Origin: Cyanophora paradoxa CCMP329
Lineage: Eukaryota; Plantae; Glaucophyta
NCBI GenBank assembly: GCA_004431415.1
Contig: QPMI01000706.1
Span: 14,757 to 78,756, forward strand
DNA: 64,000 bases
Direction of reading: 5' to 3'
Each line of letters begins with the position of its first letter. Position 1 is the stretch's first letter. The translations under genes and the position numbers were made by a program. Under the pieces are notes generated by a model that was given only the letters and a program-made list of their open reading frames with translations, was not told where the DNA came from and made no database searches. This document shows, one piece after another, positions 11,462 to 21,915 of this stretch.

Positions 11462-12007
11462 ATGGTTCAACGGTTAAAAACTGTATATGAACAAGAAGTC
11501 ATTAAACAATTAATGACTCGCTTCCAATATAAAAATATCCATGAAGTACCAAAATTAAAAAAAATAACTGTAAATCGTGGATTAGGAGAAGCTGCTCAAA
11601 ATGCAAAGATTTTAGAAGCTTCTGTTAAAGAAATTACTGAAATTACCGGTCAAAAAGCTATTGTTACTAGAGCCAAAAAAGCTATTGCTGGTTTTAAATT
11701 AAGACAAGATATGCCTATTGGTGTTATGGTTACTTTACGCGGTGATTATATGTATGCTTTCTTGGATCGTTTAATTAATTTATCTTTACCAAGAATTCGA
11801 GATTTTCGCGGTATTACTGCAAAAAGTTTTGATGGTCGTGGAAATTATAATCTTGGTTTAAAAGAACAATTGATTTTTCCAGAAGTTGATTATGATAGTA
11901 TTGAACAAATTCGCGGTATGGATATTTCAATTGTAACCACTGCAAAAACAGATCAAGAAGGTCTTGCTTTATTAAAATCTTTAGGCATGCCATTTGCTGA
12001 AAGTTAA
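11462..12007 (+). CDS. rpl5: 50S ribosomal protein L5
   Basis: LPRIRDFRG...FDGRGNY. Confidence 0.99.
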   Translation: MVQRLKTVYEQEVIKQLMTRFQYKNIHEVPKLKKITVNRGLGEAAQNAKILEASVKEITEITGQKAIVTRAKKAIAGFKLRQDMPIGVMVTLRGDYMYAFLDRLINLSLPRIRDFRGITAKSFDGRGNYNLGLKEQLIFPEVDYDSIEQIRGMDISIVTTAKTDQEGLALLKSLGMPFAES

Positions 12008-12030
12008 CTTCATTATTATAAGGAGGAAAA

Positions 12031-12429
12031 GTGGTTAACGATACAATTGCTGATATGCTTACACGTATTCGAAATGCAAATTTAGCAAAACATAAAGTTG
12101 CACGTGTTAAAGCAACAAAAATAACTCGTTGTTTAGCTAATGTTTTAAAAGAAGAAGGCTTAATTCAAAATTTTGAAGAAATAGAAAATAATCTTCAAAA
12201 TGAATTATTAATATCTCTTAAATATAAAGGTAAAAAACGTCAGCCGATAATTACTGCTTTAAAAAGAATTAGTAAACCAGGTTTACGTGTTTATGCGAAT
12301 CATAAAGAACTACCTCGTGTATTAGGAGGTTTAGGTATTGCTATTCTTTCAACTTCTTCAGGAATTATGACTGATCAGACCGCTCGTCATAAAGGTTGTG
12401 GTGGAGAAGTTTTATGTTATATTTGGTAG
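12031..12429 (+). CDS. rps8: 30S ribosomal protein S8 (GTG start)
   Basis: [13 protein letters not shown]...ISKPGLRVY; AGGAGG SD. Confidence 0.99.
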   Translation: MVNDTIADMLTRIRNANLAKHKVARVKATKITRCLANVLKEEGLIQNFEEIENNLQNELLISLKYKGKKRQPIITALKRISKPGLRVYANHKELPRVLGGLGIAILSTSSGIMTDQTARHKGCGGEVLCYIW

Positions 12430-12445
12430 ATTTATTAGGTGAATT

Positions 12446-12985
12446 ATGTCTCGGATAGGTAAACGATTAATTAATATTCCTAGCCAAGTTACGGTTAGCA
12501 TCAAGGATCAAGTATTTTCTGTTAAAGGACCAAAAGGAGAGTTATCTAAACAAATTCCTTATGGAATTCAAGTAGTTCAACAAAATGATCATTTAGTTGT
12601 TGAAAGAGTAGCTGAATCATTATTAGCTCGTAAACTTCATGGACTTTGTCGAACTTTGGTTTCTAATTTAGTTCAAGGCGTTTTTCAAGGTTTCGAACGT
12701 CGTCTTGAAATTCAAGGAGTTGGATATCGAGCACAAATGGATGGAAAAAAATTAGTTTTAAATATTGGTTTTAGCCATCCAGTTGTAATTGAACCTCCTA
12801 CAGAAATCCAATTACAAGTAGAAAACAATACAAATATTATTATAAAAGGTATTGATAAAGAACTTGTTGGTAAATTAGCAGCAGAAATTCGTGCTGTACG
12901 TCCACCAGAACCTTATAAAGGTAAGGGGATTCGATATTTAGGAGAAAATGTAAAACGTAAAGTTGGAAAAGCAGGTAAGAAATAA
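12446..12985 (+). CDS. rpl6: 50S ribosomal protein L6
   Basis: MSRIGK...RPPEPYKGKGIRY. Confidence 0.99.
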   Translation: MSRIGKRLINIPSQVTVSIKDQVFSVKGPKGELSKQIPYGIQVVQQNDHLVVERVAESLLARKLHGLCRTLVSNLVQGVFQGFERRLEIQGVGYRAQMDGKKLVLNIGFSHPVVIEPPTEIQLQVENNTNIIIKGIDKELVGKLAAEIRAVRPPEPYKGKGIRYLGENVKRKVGKAGKK

Positions 12986-12988
12986 ACC

Positions 12989-13354
12989 ATGAAATTAACT
13001 CGTAAACAAGCAACACAGCGTCGCCATCGACGAGTACGTCGTAAAGTTTTTGGTACTTCTGAACGCCCAAGATTAGCGGTATTTCGTTCACATCAACATA
13101 TTTATGCTCAAATTATCGATGATACCCAACATCGTACATTAGCTGCAAGTTCTACATTAGAACCATCAGTAAAAAATTCAGAGCTATCTTCAACTTCTAC
13201 TTGTGCTGCTTCTGCAATTGTAGGTCAATTAATTGCAAAAAAAGCACTTGAAAAAGGAATTACTCAAGTAGTATTTGATCGTGGTGGAAAAATTTATCAT
13301 GGTCGTGTTCGAACTTTAGCTGAAGCAGCACGCGAAGCAGGGTTACAATTTTAA
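12989..13354 (+). CDS. rpl18: 50S ribosomal protein L18
   Basis: RPRLAVFRS...[13 protein letters not shown]. Confidence 0.98.
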   Translation: MKLTRKQATQRRHRRVRRKVFGTSERPRLAVFRSHQHIYAQIIDDTQHRTLAASSTLEPSVKNSELSSTSTCAASAIVGQLIAKKALEKGITQVVFDRGGKIYHGRVRTLAEAAREAGLQF

Positions 13355-13409
13355 ATAATTTATAAAATTCAATTTTTGAATCTTCCCTATTAAAATAAAA
13401 AGGAAAAAA

Positions 13410-13919
13410 ATGGCAAATCGTCAAAAAATGAGTAAAACTCGTGATAAAAAACCAGATTGGCAAGAACGAGTAGTTCAAATTCGTCGTGTATCTAAAGTAG
13501 TAAAAGGTGGTAAAAAACTAAGCTTTAGAGCAATTGTTGTTATTGGAAATGAACGTGGTCAAGTTGGTGTAGGTATTGGAAAAGCTAGTGATGTAATCAA
13601 TGCTGTAAAAAAAGCTGTTGCCGATGGAAAAAAACATGTTGTTGAAGTTCCATTAACTCGTTCTAATTCTATTCCACACCCAATTGATGGAATTGGCGGG
13701 GCAGCACGTGTAATTATGCGACCATCAGCTGAAGGTACTGGAGTAATTGCAGGTGGAGCTGTACGTACAGTTTTAGAATTAGCTGGAGTTCGAAATATTT
13801 TAGCTAAACAACTTGGTTCTAATAATCCGTTGAATAATGCTAGAGCAGCGATGAATGCTCTTTCTCGTTTAAAAACTTTTTCCCAATTTGCAAAAGATCG
13901 CGGTGTAATTGCTGAATAA
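13410..13919 (+). CDS. rps5: 30S ribosomal protein S5
   Basis: [14 protein letters not shown]...GTGVIAGG. Confidence 0.99.
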   Translation: MANRQKMSKTRDKKPDWQERVVQIRRVSKVVKGGKKLSFRAIVVIGNERGQVGVGIGKASDVINAVKKAVADGKKHVVEVPLTRSNSIPHPIDGIGGAARVIMRPSAEGTGVIAGGAVRTVLELAGVRNILAKQLGSNNPLNNARAAMNALSRLKTFSQFAKDRGVIAE

Positions 13920-14000
13920 TTTCTAATAAAAAATATAATATTTTTATTTTAATAATTTGCATTTTTAAAATAAAAATATTATATTTTTTATTAGAAATTA
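13917..14000. terminator. long hairpin between rps5 and secY
   Basis: 36-bp perfect arms (13917-13952 / 13965-14000), 12-nt loop; begins at the rps5 stop codon. Confidence 0.75.
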
Positions 14001-14038
14001 GTATCGAAAAAGAAAAAAAGTTAACAAGGAGTTAGTTA

Positions 14039-15517
14039 ATGCTTTCAAGATTAATTATTTCAATTTTTATAATTTTTGAAACAATTTATTTGCAAATTTT
14101 TAAACCTGTAAATAAAACTTTTAAACAAGGAGAAGCAAAATTAAAACGAACATTGCAAACGTTACAATCTCGTGAACTTAGTGAAATTAGAAAACGCGCA
14201 ATTTCCACTTTATGTTTAATTTTTCTAATACGGATAGGTACATTTTTACCAATACCAGGCACCGGACTCAATTTTGATTTAGAAAGTTTTCAGCAAAATA
14301 ATTCGAGAAATGAATTAGCTAATATTTTAAATTTATTATCAGGAGGTGGATTTTTAGAAATAGGATTTTTCACATTAGGTATTTTACCTTATATGAATGC
14401 TTCATTTTTCTTACAAGTTTTAACAAAAATATTACCTTCTTTAGAGCGTTTTCAAAAAGAACAGGAAGAAATCGCACAACGTGAATTTAAAAAATGGACA
14501 AGATATTTAACAGTTATTTGGGCTTTTATTCAAAGTATTGTTATTTCTTGGATTTGGATTCGTCCATATGCATTAAATTGGGATTTTTTTTTAGGATTAA
14601 AGGTTGTTGTTGCATTAACTTTAGGAGCAGTAATTGTTATGATTATTGCGGAACAAATTACTGAAATTGGTTTAACCAACGGCTCTTCACTATTAATTTT
14701 TATAAATATTATTGCGCGTATTCCTAATTCAATTGAACAATTATTTAATTCTAATATCAATTGGACATTTCCAATGATTTCAAGTTTAATATTAAGCTTA
14801 AGTTTATCCTTTATAACAATGTTTGTTATTATTGGATTACAAGAATCTGGGCGACCTGTTCCAGTTTTAATTGCAAGACAAGAAGCTGAACGTCAAAAGT
14901 TTAATGAACCAATTACAGAAGCAGAACGCCGTAAAACACAAGCTTATATCTTTTTCCAACTTTTACCAGCTGGAATTATGCCGGTTATTTTTGCTTCTAC
15001 AATTTTTGATTTAGCTCTTCCAGCTTTTACTAATTTCTTATTACAACAAGGAAATTGGGGTTACCAATTAATCAAATCGTTTCCTTTTAATTCATTATTT
15101 AAAGATTTTTGTTATCTAATAACAATTATGTTATTTAGTTCAAATTATGCATTAACAATTATGATTAATCCTAAAACTTTAGCTGAAAATCTTAATTCAA
15201 TGAACGCATTAATTCCAGGAGTTCGTCCGGGTTCAGAAACAAAAGTTTATTCAGAACAATTAATTCATCGATTAAATTTTATTGGTTCTTTTGTACTTGC
15301 TTTAGTTTGTATTTTACCTTCTATAGTTGAGCGTTCGCTAGGTCTTCCTAAGTTACAAATTTTAAGTCCAGTTTCAATATCAATTGCTCTTGGTGTTGCA
15401 GTTGATACAACACGTCGAATTACTAGTTATTTAGGATCGTCTTCTCCTTTTAAAAGAGATTCTTCAAAAAGAGAACCTTTAAAACGAGATTTTTCAAAAC
15501 GACGTTCCGCAAACTAA
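14039..15517 (+). CDS. secY: Preprotein translocase SecY (divergent, N-terminally extended)
   Basis: RIGTFLPIPG, FTLGILPYMNAS, EQITEIGLTNGSSLLIF, AGIMPVIFAS, IPGVRPG; end of spc operon; AGGAG SD. Confidence 0.95.
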   Translation: MLSRLIISIFIIFETIYLQIFKPVNKTFKQGEAKLKRTLQTLQSRELSEIRKRAISTLCLIFLIRIGTFLPIPGTGLNFDLESFQQNNSRNELANILNLLSGGGFLEIGFFTLGILPYMNASFFLQVLTKILPSLERFQKEQEEIAQREFKKWTRYLTVIWAFIQSIVISWIWIRPYALNWDFFLGLKVVVALTLGAVIVMIIAEQITEIGLTNGSSLLIFINIIARIPNSIEQLFNSNINWTFPMISSLILSLSLSFITMFVIIGLQESGRPVPVLIARQEAERQKFNEPITEAERRKTQAYIFFQLLPAGIMPVIFASTIFDLALPAFTNFLLQQGNWGYQLIKSFPFNSLFKDFCYLITIMLFSSNYALTIMINPKTLAENLNSMNALIPGVRPGSETKVYSEQLIHRLNFIGSFVLALVCILPSIVERSLGLPKLQILSPVSISIALGVAVDTTRRITSYLGSSSPFKRDSSKREPLKRDFSKRRSAN

Positions 15518-15640
15518 TAATAAATTTAAAAAAAAGATAAACTAATTTTATTCTTTTTATTTAAACATTATTTTAATGTTAATAAAAAAGAAATAGTTTA
15601 TCTTTCTTATTTTATAATGACTTAATTATTCTTTTACAAA

Positions 15641-16612
15641 ATGGCTTCAATCACTAATATTCTTGCTCCTGTTGAAAATGAATTAGATTTGTTAACAAAA
15701 AATCTTAAAAAATTAGTTGGCTCTGGACATCCAATATTATCTGCTGCTTCTGAACATTTATTTAGCGCAAGTGGAAAAAGACTTCGCCCAGCGATAGTAT
15801 TGTTAATTTCAAAAGCAACTATGGAAAATGAAATAATTACTTCTCGTCATCGACGACTTGCTGAAATAACCGAAATTATTCATACAGCAAGTTTAGTTCA
15901 TGATGATATTTTAGATGAATCCGATGTTCGAAGAGGAATACCAACTGTTCATAGTGATTTTGGTACAAAAATTGCAATTTTAGCTGGTGATTTTTTATTT
16001 GCTCAATCTTCATGGTATTTAGCAAATCTTGAAAGTTTAGAAGTTGTGAAATTAATTTCAAAAGTAATTACAGATTTTGCAGAAGGAGAAATCCGACAAG
16101 GTTTAAATCAATTTAAAGTAGATGTAACTTTAGAAGAATACTTAGAAAAAAGTTTTTATAAAACGGCTTCTTTACTTGCTGCAAGTTCTAAAGCTGCTGC
16201 TCTATTAAGTCATGTAGATTTAACAGTAGCTAATGATTTATATAATTATGGGCGCCATCTAGGATTAGCTTTCCAAATTGTAGATGATATTTTAGATTTT
16301 ACATCTTCCACAGAAGAATTAGGTAAACCTTCTTGCTCAGATTTAAAAAAAGGAAATTTAACAGCTCCTGTACTTTTTGCATTAGAACAAAATTCGGAAT
16401 TAATTCCGTTAATTCAACGCCAATTTTCCGAACCAAAGGATTTTGAATATACCTTACAAATTGTTGAAGAAACAAAAGCGATTGAGAAAACACGCGAATT
16501 AGCTATGGAACATGCTCAAGTAGCAATCCAATGTTTAGAAAATTTACCTCCTTCTTCATCAAAAGAAGCTTTAAAACTTATTACAAAATATGTTCTTGAG
16601 CGATTATATTAA
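15641..16612 (+). CDS. preA: Long-chain trans-prenyl diphosphate synthase
   Basis: SGKRLRP, HTASLVHDDILD (FARM), YKTASL, AFQIVDDILD (SARM). Confidence 0.92.
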   Translation: MASITNILAPVENELDLLTKNLKKLVGSGHPILSAASEHLFSASGKRLRPAIVLLISKATMENEIITSRHRRLAEITEIIHTASLVHDDILDESDVRRGIPTVHSDFGTKIAILAGDFLFAQSSWYLANLESLEVVKLISKVITDFAEGEIRQGLNQFKVDVTLEEYLEKSFYKTASLLAASSKAAALLSHVDLTVANDLYNYGRHLGLAFQIVDDILDFTSSTEELGKPSCSDLKKGNLTAPVLFALEQNSELIPLIQRQFSEPKDFEYTLQIVEETKAIEKTRELAMEHAQVAIQCLENLPPSSSKEALKLITKYVLERLY

Positions 16613-16620
16613 AAAAAAAC

Positions 16621-16662
16621 AATCAATTAAAAAATTCTAATTATAGAATTTTTTAATTGATT
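16621..16662. terminator. hairpin between convergent preA and trnS
   Basis: 19-bp perfect arms, 4-nt loop. Confidence 0.7.
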
Positions 16663-16667
16663 TAATA

Positions 16668-16755
16668 CGGAGAGAGAGGGATTCGAACCCCCGGAATTCT
16701 TTCAAATTCGTCTGATTTCAAGTCAGATGCAATCGACCAACTCTGCCATCTCTCC
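16668..16755 (-). tRNA. trnS: tRNA-Ser(UGA)
   Basis: TCTGA-CT-TGA-AA-TCAGA; long variable arm. Confidence 0.95.
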
Positions 16756-17057
16756 AAATTTTAATTTAATAGTAAAATTAAACAAAAAAATAAATTAAAA
16801 AATTTACTTTTTAATTTTTAAACTAGTTTTAAATTAATTTTATTCTAACATAATTTCGATAAAATTAATATAAAACTAAAAAAGTGATTCTAAAATAAAA
16901 TTAACCAAATTATGATAAATTATGAAATAAAGTTAACGTAAAAAATAATTCTTTTTTTTTATAATTTCATCTTCTAAAGAATTTCAATATTTCGAATATA
17001 TTCTACATCATTATTTCTTTAACTTAAATTTTTCAATTTTATCAAGGATAATCCAAA

Positions 17058-18047
17058 ATGAGTATTTTTCTTAAAAATAAACAATTTGAAAACATTACAT
17101 CGCAAGAACAAACCAAAAATAATTATAAGCAATTAATTAATGATATTCAGACATTAAAAAAGGATTTAAATGCAATAATTTTAGCTCATTATTATCAAGA
17201 ACCTGATATTCAAGATGTAGCTGATTTTTTAGGCGATTCATTAGGATTAGCTAGAGAAGCTGCTAAAACAAATGCGGATATCATTGTATTTGCTGGTGTT
17301 CATTTTATGGCTGAAACAGCAAAAATCTTAAATCCTGAAAAAATGGTATTACTTCCAGACTTAAATGCTGGTTGTTCATTAGCTGATAGTTGTCCTCCTG
17401 AGATATTTTCCGAATTTAAAAAAGCTCATTCAGATCATTTAGTAATTTCTTATATTAATTGTTCAGCTTCAATTAAAGCAATGAGTGATATTATTTGTAC
17501 GAGTGCAAATGCAGTAGACATTGTAAATAAAATTCCTCTAACTCAACCAATTTTATTTGCCCCTGATCAAAATTTAGGACGTTATGTAATTTCGAAAACT
17601 GGTCGAGATCTTCTTTTATGGCCAGGTAGTTGCATTGTTCATGAAACGTTTTCGGAAAAAAAGATATTTGAATTTCAATCTCTTTATCCAACAGCTGAAG
17701 TCATAGCACATCCTGAATGTGAACCAACAATATTAAAACATGCAAATTATATCGGTTCAACAACTTCACTTTTACAATATGTAAAAAATAGTAAAAAAAC
17801 TACTTTTATTGTTATTACCGAACCGGGAATTATTCATCAAATGAAAAAAAGTTGTCCAGAAAAACAATTTTTAGCATTACCTACTGTTAGTGGGTGTGCT
17901 TGTAATGAATGTCCACATATGCGATTAAATACTTTAGAAAAACTATATTTAGCAATGAAAACTCGTTCTCCACAAATTGAAATTCCTGAATCAATATTAC
18001 TAAATGCAAAAAAACCGATTGAAAGAATGTTAGAAATGAGTAATTAA
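17058..18047 (+). CDS. nadA: Quinolinate synthase A ([4Fe-4S])
   Basis: [44 protein letters not shown]. Confidence 0.97.
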   Translation: MSIFLKNKQFENITSQEQTKNNYKQLINDIQTLKKDLNAIILAHYYQEPDIQDVADFLGDSLGLAREAAKTNADIIVFAGVHFMAETAKILNPEKMVLLPDLNAGCSLADSCPPEIFSEFKKAHSDHLVISYINCSASIKAMSDIICTSANAVDIVNKIPLTQPILFAPDQNLGRYVISKTGRDLLLWPGSCIVHETFSEKKIFEFQSLYPTAEVIAHPECEPTILKHANYIGSTTSLLQYVKNSKKTTFIVITEPGIIHQMKKSCPEKQFLALPTVSGCACNECPHMRLNTLEKLYLAMKTRSPQIEIPESILLNAKKPIERMLEMSN

Positions 18048-18080
18048 TTAATTAATTAATTATTACTCATTTCTAACATT
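18026..18080. terminator. hairpin between convergent nadA and apcD; left arm is nadA coding sequence
   Basis: AATGTTAGAAATGAGTAAT / ATTACTCATTTCTAACATT (19 bp) around a (TAAT)n core. Confidence 0.75.
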
Positions 18081-18084
18081 AAAA

Positions 18085-18573
18085 TTAAGCTGCCATTGCT
18101 TGAATAATATAGTCAAAGTATGGTTTTACTTCTTCACTATCTTCTGGACTTAAAACAGATAAAGTTGAATTTTTTAATGCAGTAATAGCATCTACCATAC
18201 CAATAACAGGAACTCCTAAAGAGTTATACATTTCGCGTACGCCAATGATACCAATTTTTTCAATTGGACGTTGATCACCTGCTAAAATGCCATAAGTTAC
18301 TAAACGTAAGTACCAACCATAATCACGTAAACAAAGACTTCTTTGACGTGCTCCATATGCGTTACCACCCGGAGAAATATATTCTGGGTGAACTTGCCAA
18401 AGTTGTTTACTAGCTTGCTCAATAATCTTTTTTTCATTTTGAGCAATATTATTAATAATACTAATTCGTTTATTTCCAGTTTTTAAGAAACTTTTAATAG
18501 TTTCTAATTCACCACTGGTAGGGTAACGTAATTCGTCATCGGCATTTAATAAAATTTGGGTAACTAAGCTCAT
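18085..18573 (-). CDS. apcD: Allophycocyanin-B alpha subunit
   Basis: [23 protein letters not shown]...[12 protein letters not shown]. Confidence 0.97.
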   Translation of the reverse strand: MSLVTQILLNADDELRYPTSGELETIKSFLKTGNKRISIINNIAQNEKKIIEQASKQLWQVHPEYISPGGNAYGARQRSLCLRDYGWYLRLVTYGILAGDQRPIEKIGIIGVREMYNSLGVPVIGMVDAITALKNSTLSVLSPEDSEEVKPYFDYIIQAMAA

Positions 18574-18935
18574 TGTTTAAATAATTTATAAATTAAAGAT
18601 CTTAATTTATAATATATAATGAGAAAAAAGAAAAAAAAAAGGCTATATACTACTACTTTAAAGTATTTTAGTTTTTCTATTTGTCTCTTAAATTAAGAAA
18701 CAAATAGGAAAACTAAATCGTTTTTATCAATTTATAATTTATTTCTAAAAAAACAAAAAGTCTTAATTTTAGATATTAAAAACAATAATATTTATAGAAT
18801 TCTTAGTTAATTTAAAATTTTTAATTTTTTTTTTATTTTAAGGATTTGTTATAATCATACTAAATAATAGTAGAGAATTTAAGTCAACAAATATCTATAT
18901 TTATATATATATATCATTAAGAATAGGATTTAATT

Positions 18936-19535
18936 ATGCCAATTGGGTATCCACTTGTTAAAGCGATGGACAAGGATCGTTTTATCTCATATTTTTTAAT
19001 AAATAATGCTTTATTAAATGAAAGGGTAATTTTTCTTTGTAATTATGAGGATGCTACTGACGAAAGTATTTATATCGGGATGTTATTATATTTAGAAAGT
19101 GAAAATTCACAAAAACCAGTTTCTTTTTATATAAATTCTTCCATAACTTTTCCAAATCTTTGCTTTGGACTTTATGATACCATATTACAAATAAAAGCTG
19201 ATATTGTAACCATTTGTCTAGGTTTAGCTGGTGGAATGAGTTCTTTAATTTTAGCAGCCGGAACCAAAGGACAACGATTTGCGCTTCCAAATTCTCGGAT
19301 TATGATGCAAGAACCTTTAATTGATGGAGGAGTAAACGGACAAGCTACTGACTTAGCAATTGAAGCAAAAGAATTAATGGATACTAAGGAAATTTTAATA
19401 AATCTTTATCATGAACGAACTGGACAACCAAAACCTGTAATTGAAAAAGATTTACAACGCCCACGTTATTTTTCTGCACAAGCAGCTAAAGAATATGGTT
19501 TTATTGATTCTCTTTTAATGGCATCCAATGGTTAG
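18936..19535 (+). CDS. clpP2: ClpP-family subunit, catalytically dead (ClpR-like)
   Basis: ClpP fold ([28 protein letters not shown]) but Ser motif is GLAGGM and His motif is RIMMQEP. Confidence 0.88.
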   Translation: MPIGYPLVKAMDKDRFISYFLINNALLNERVIFLCNYEDATDESIYIGMLLYLESENSQKPVSFYINSSITFPNLCFGLYDTILQIKADIVTICLGLAGGMSSLILAAGTKGQRFALPNSRIMMQEPLIDGGVNGQATDLAIEAKELMDTKEILINLYHERTGQPKPVIEKDLQRPRYFSAQAAKEYGFIDSLLMASNG

Positions 19536-19633
19536 ACAATTTCTTAAATATAATAAAAAATTTATTTATTAAATTATTCGGAACGGCAAATTTTAAGATA
19601 ATATTGAAATATATTTATTTGGGATATATTTTT

Positions 19634-19741
19634 ATGGTATCAAATTTACCTTCTATTCTTGTTCCTATGGTAGGAATTGTCTTACCAGCAATTGTTATGG
19701 CATTATTATTTGTTTATATTGAAACAGATGAAATTGCTTAA
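19634..19741 (+). CDS. psaI: Photosystem I subunit VIII
   Basis: Hand translation [35 protein letters not shown] (below ORF track cutoff). Confidence 0.95.
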   Translation: MVSNLPSILVPMVGIVLPAIVMALLFVYIETDEIA

Positions 19742-19770
19742 TTTCTTTTATTAGTTATAAATGTCTAAAG

Positions 19771-19802
19771 AATAGAGAGTTAAAAAAATTTAACTCTCTA
19801 TT
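19771..19802. terminator. hairpin between convergent psaI and psbJ
   Basis: AATAGAGAGTTAAA / TTTAACTCTCTATT followed by a T-run. Confidence 0.7.
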
Positions 19803-19845
19803 TTTTTTTAATTAATTTATTACAAAAAATCTTAAATTGATTTTA

Positions 19846-19968
19846 TTAAATAGAGGAACCTAAACCAGAGTAACCACCATAGAAAAAGATTCCTAGTACA
19901 CCAATAGCTGCTAAACCTGCAACTGTAGCAACAAGCCATAAAGGAATGCGTCCACCAGTATTTGCCAT
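19846..19968 (-). CDS. psbJ: Photosystem II protein J
   Basis: [40 protein letters not shown]. Confidence 0.97.
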   Translation of the reverse strand: MANTGGRIPLWLVATVAGLAAIGVLGIFFYGGYSGLGSSI

Positions 19969-19990
19969 AAAGACTCCTTATTGAAGAAAT

Positions 19991-20107
19991 TTAGTTAAAA
20001 ATGTAGCTAGAGAATAAAATTGCTAATACGAAAATTAAAAGTAATCCCCAGAATAGGGAAGTACGATTTAATTCAACTTTTTGTCTATTAGGATTTTGGC
20101 TAACCAT
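19991..20107 (-). CDS. psbL: Photosystem II protein L
   Basis: [38 protein letters not shown]. Confidence 0.97.
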   Translation of the reverse strand: MVSQNPNRQKVELNRTSLFWGLLLIFVLAILFSSYIFN

Positions 20108-20116
20108 ATATATCTC

Positions 20117-20245
20117 CTATCGTTGAATAAATTGCATTGCAGTAATAGATCCAATAAAAAATACAGCTGGAATTCCAATAGCATGAATTGCTAACCATCT
20201 AACTGTAAAAATTGGATAAGAAACCGGTTGATTAGGATTATTCAT
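20117..20245 (-). CDS. psbF: Cytochrome b559 beta subunit
   Basis: [42 protein letters not shown]. Confidence 0.97.
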   Translation of the reverse strand: MNNPNQPVSYPIFTVRWLAIHAIGIPAVFFIGSITAMQFIQR

Positions 20246-20284
20246 TTCCTTTTTCCTCTTTTAGAAACTATAAATTAATAACGA

Positions 20285-20509
20285 TTAATTAGTTGAAAAA
20301 CGTTGATTAATAATTGGTACTTCTTGACGTTCTTCAGTGAAGTATTCATCTGGTCTTGGAGTACCAAATACATCATAAGCTAAACCAGTACTTACAAAAA
20401 GCCAACCTGCAACAAATAAAGATGGAATAGTTACAGTATGAATAACCCAATAACGAATACTAGTAACAATGTCAGAAAATGGGCGTTCGCCAGTAGTTCC
20501 TCCAGACAT
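20285..20509 (-). CDS. psbE: Cytochrome b559 alpha subunit
   Basis: [24 protein letters not shown]; ATG at 20509 follows AGGAG SD. Confidence 0.97.
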   Translation of the reverse strand: MSGGTTGERPFSDIVTSIRYWVIHTVTIPSLFVAGWLFVSTGLAYDVFGTPRPDEYFTEERQEVPIINQRFSTN

Positions 20510-20601
20510 ATAAATCACTCCTAAAAATTATATATATATATATATGATGCTTTTATGTATAATAAAAGATTTTATTCAAATTATAGATATTAATTATTCT
20601 A

Positions 20602-21603
20602 TTATAATGATACATATCGTAAAAGTGTTCCCTGATTTCCTAGTACAAAACCTACTTCTTTATCTATAAAACTAATTTTATAGAAATTTGAAGGAATATT
20701 GTCTGTACTTGTTTCTTTTTTCCAAGTATTTCCAGTATCTTGACTACTTAAAAGAATACCACTTCCACCTGACACCCAAATTTCTGTTGGAGTCTTAAAA
20801 GCTAAATTTAATAAACCTAAGCCAAATCCAACTTTTCCTTCTGGAGTTTTTGGTCCTTCCCAATTTGGTTCATCAAAAGAGTCATTTGAACTAAACCATA
20901 ATTGACCACCACGTGTCAACATCCATAAGCGATTATTATTGGTGAAACCCATACTTTGAATTCTTCGTGAACTTTGGCGTGGATGGGAGATCCACTTATC
21001 ATCACCTTCTTTCCAAGTGGAATAAAAATTTCCTTTAGCTGATACAGCAACATAAGAACCGTTTTCAGAACGAGCCACGGTTCGAATTACACCTAAGGGT
21101 TCTTGAATTTGAGCTTTCCAGGTTTGACCAGAATTTTCTGTTCGATAAATTGCTCCAATATCTGTTGCAAGCTCTGCTTTTCCTGTTCCTAAAGCCGTAA
21201 TTAACGCTGGATCTCCGGGTAATTGATTGCTTAATGGAATACGACTCCAAGAAGAACCTCCATCTGTTGTATGTAATAAAATTGCAGGCTTACCTGTAAC
21301 CCATCCTTCTTTTCCAGAAAAACTTATTGAATTTAGTCGATATTTGTCATCTTCTAAATTTAAACTTCTTAATTCCCAAGTTTTTCCTTTATCCGTTGTT
21401 TCAAATAAAGTACTGCGAGTTCCTAATAACCAACCTCTTTGTGGTTGATCTGGTACAAAACCAATATCTAATAAGATTTCATCAGTATTTAAGGGAATTT
21501 GTTCCCATTTATAAGATTCAGCGTGAGTAAAAGAAATATTATAAAAATTTGTAAGTATAATGACCAAGAAACTCACTATAACTTTTCGCCAATTCAAAAT
21601 CAT
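20602..21603 (-). CDS. ycf48: PSII assembly factor Ycf48/Hcf136 (beta-propeller with signal peptide)
   Basis: Repeated TxDxGxxW (BNR) motifs; directly upstream of psbEFLJ as in cyanobacteria. Confidence 0.95.
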
Positions 21604-21831
21604 TTTTTTTATACTAGTTTTAAATTTTTTGCTATTATCCTTATCTATCTTAGTCTTAAACCTTCAATAAATTCTATTAAAAATAATAAAATTTCAAGGT
21701 TTATTAAAAAAAAAGATATTGTTGTAATAAATTTAAATTTTAAAATTTAAATTTTAAAAATCTAAAATAAAAAAGAAAGATTGATTTTCGTTCTTTAAGT
21801 TTGATATACTGAATTATATAGAAAAAATTAA

Positions 21832-21905
21832 GGGCTTGTAGCTCAGTGGACTAGAGCACATGGCTACGAACCATGGTGTCGGGGGTTCGAATCCCTCCTT
21901 GCCCG
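21832..21905 (+). tRNA. trnR: tRNA-Arg(ACG)
   Basis: CATGG-CT-ACG-AA-CCATG; plastid-type acceptor stem. Confidence 0.95.
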
Positions 21906-21915
21906 TTAAGAAAAA

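Noticed and set aside
21832-21905. U:U mismatches in the trnR-ACG acceptor stem suggesting a pseudo-tRNA
   Set aside because: Mismatches at these positions are normal for plastid tRNA-Arg(ACG).
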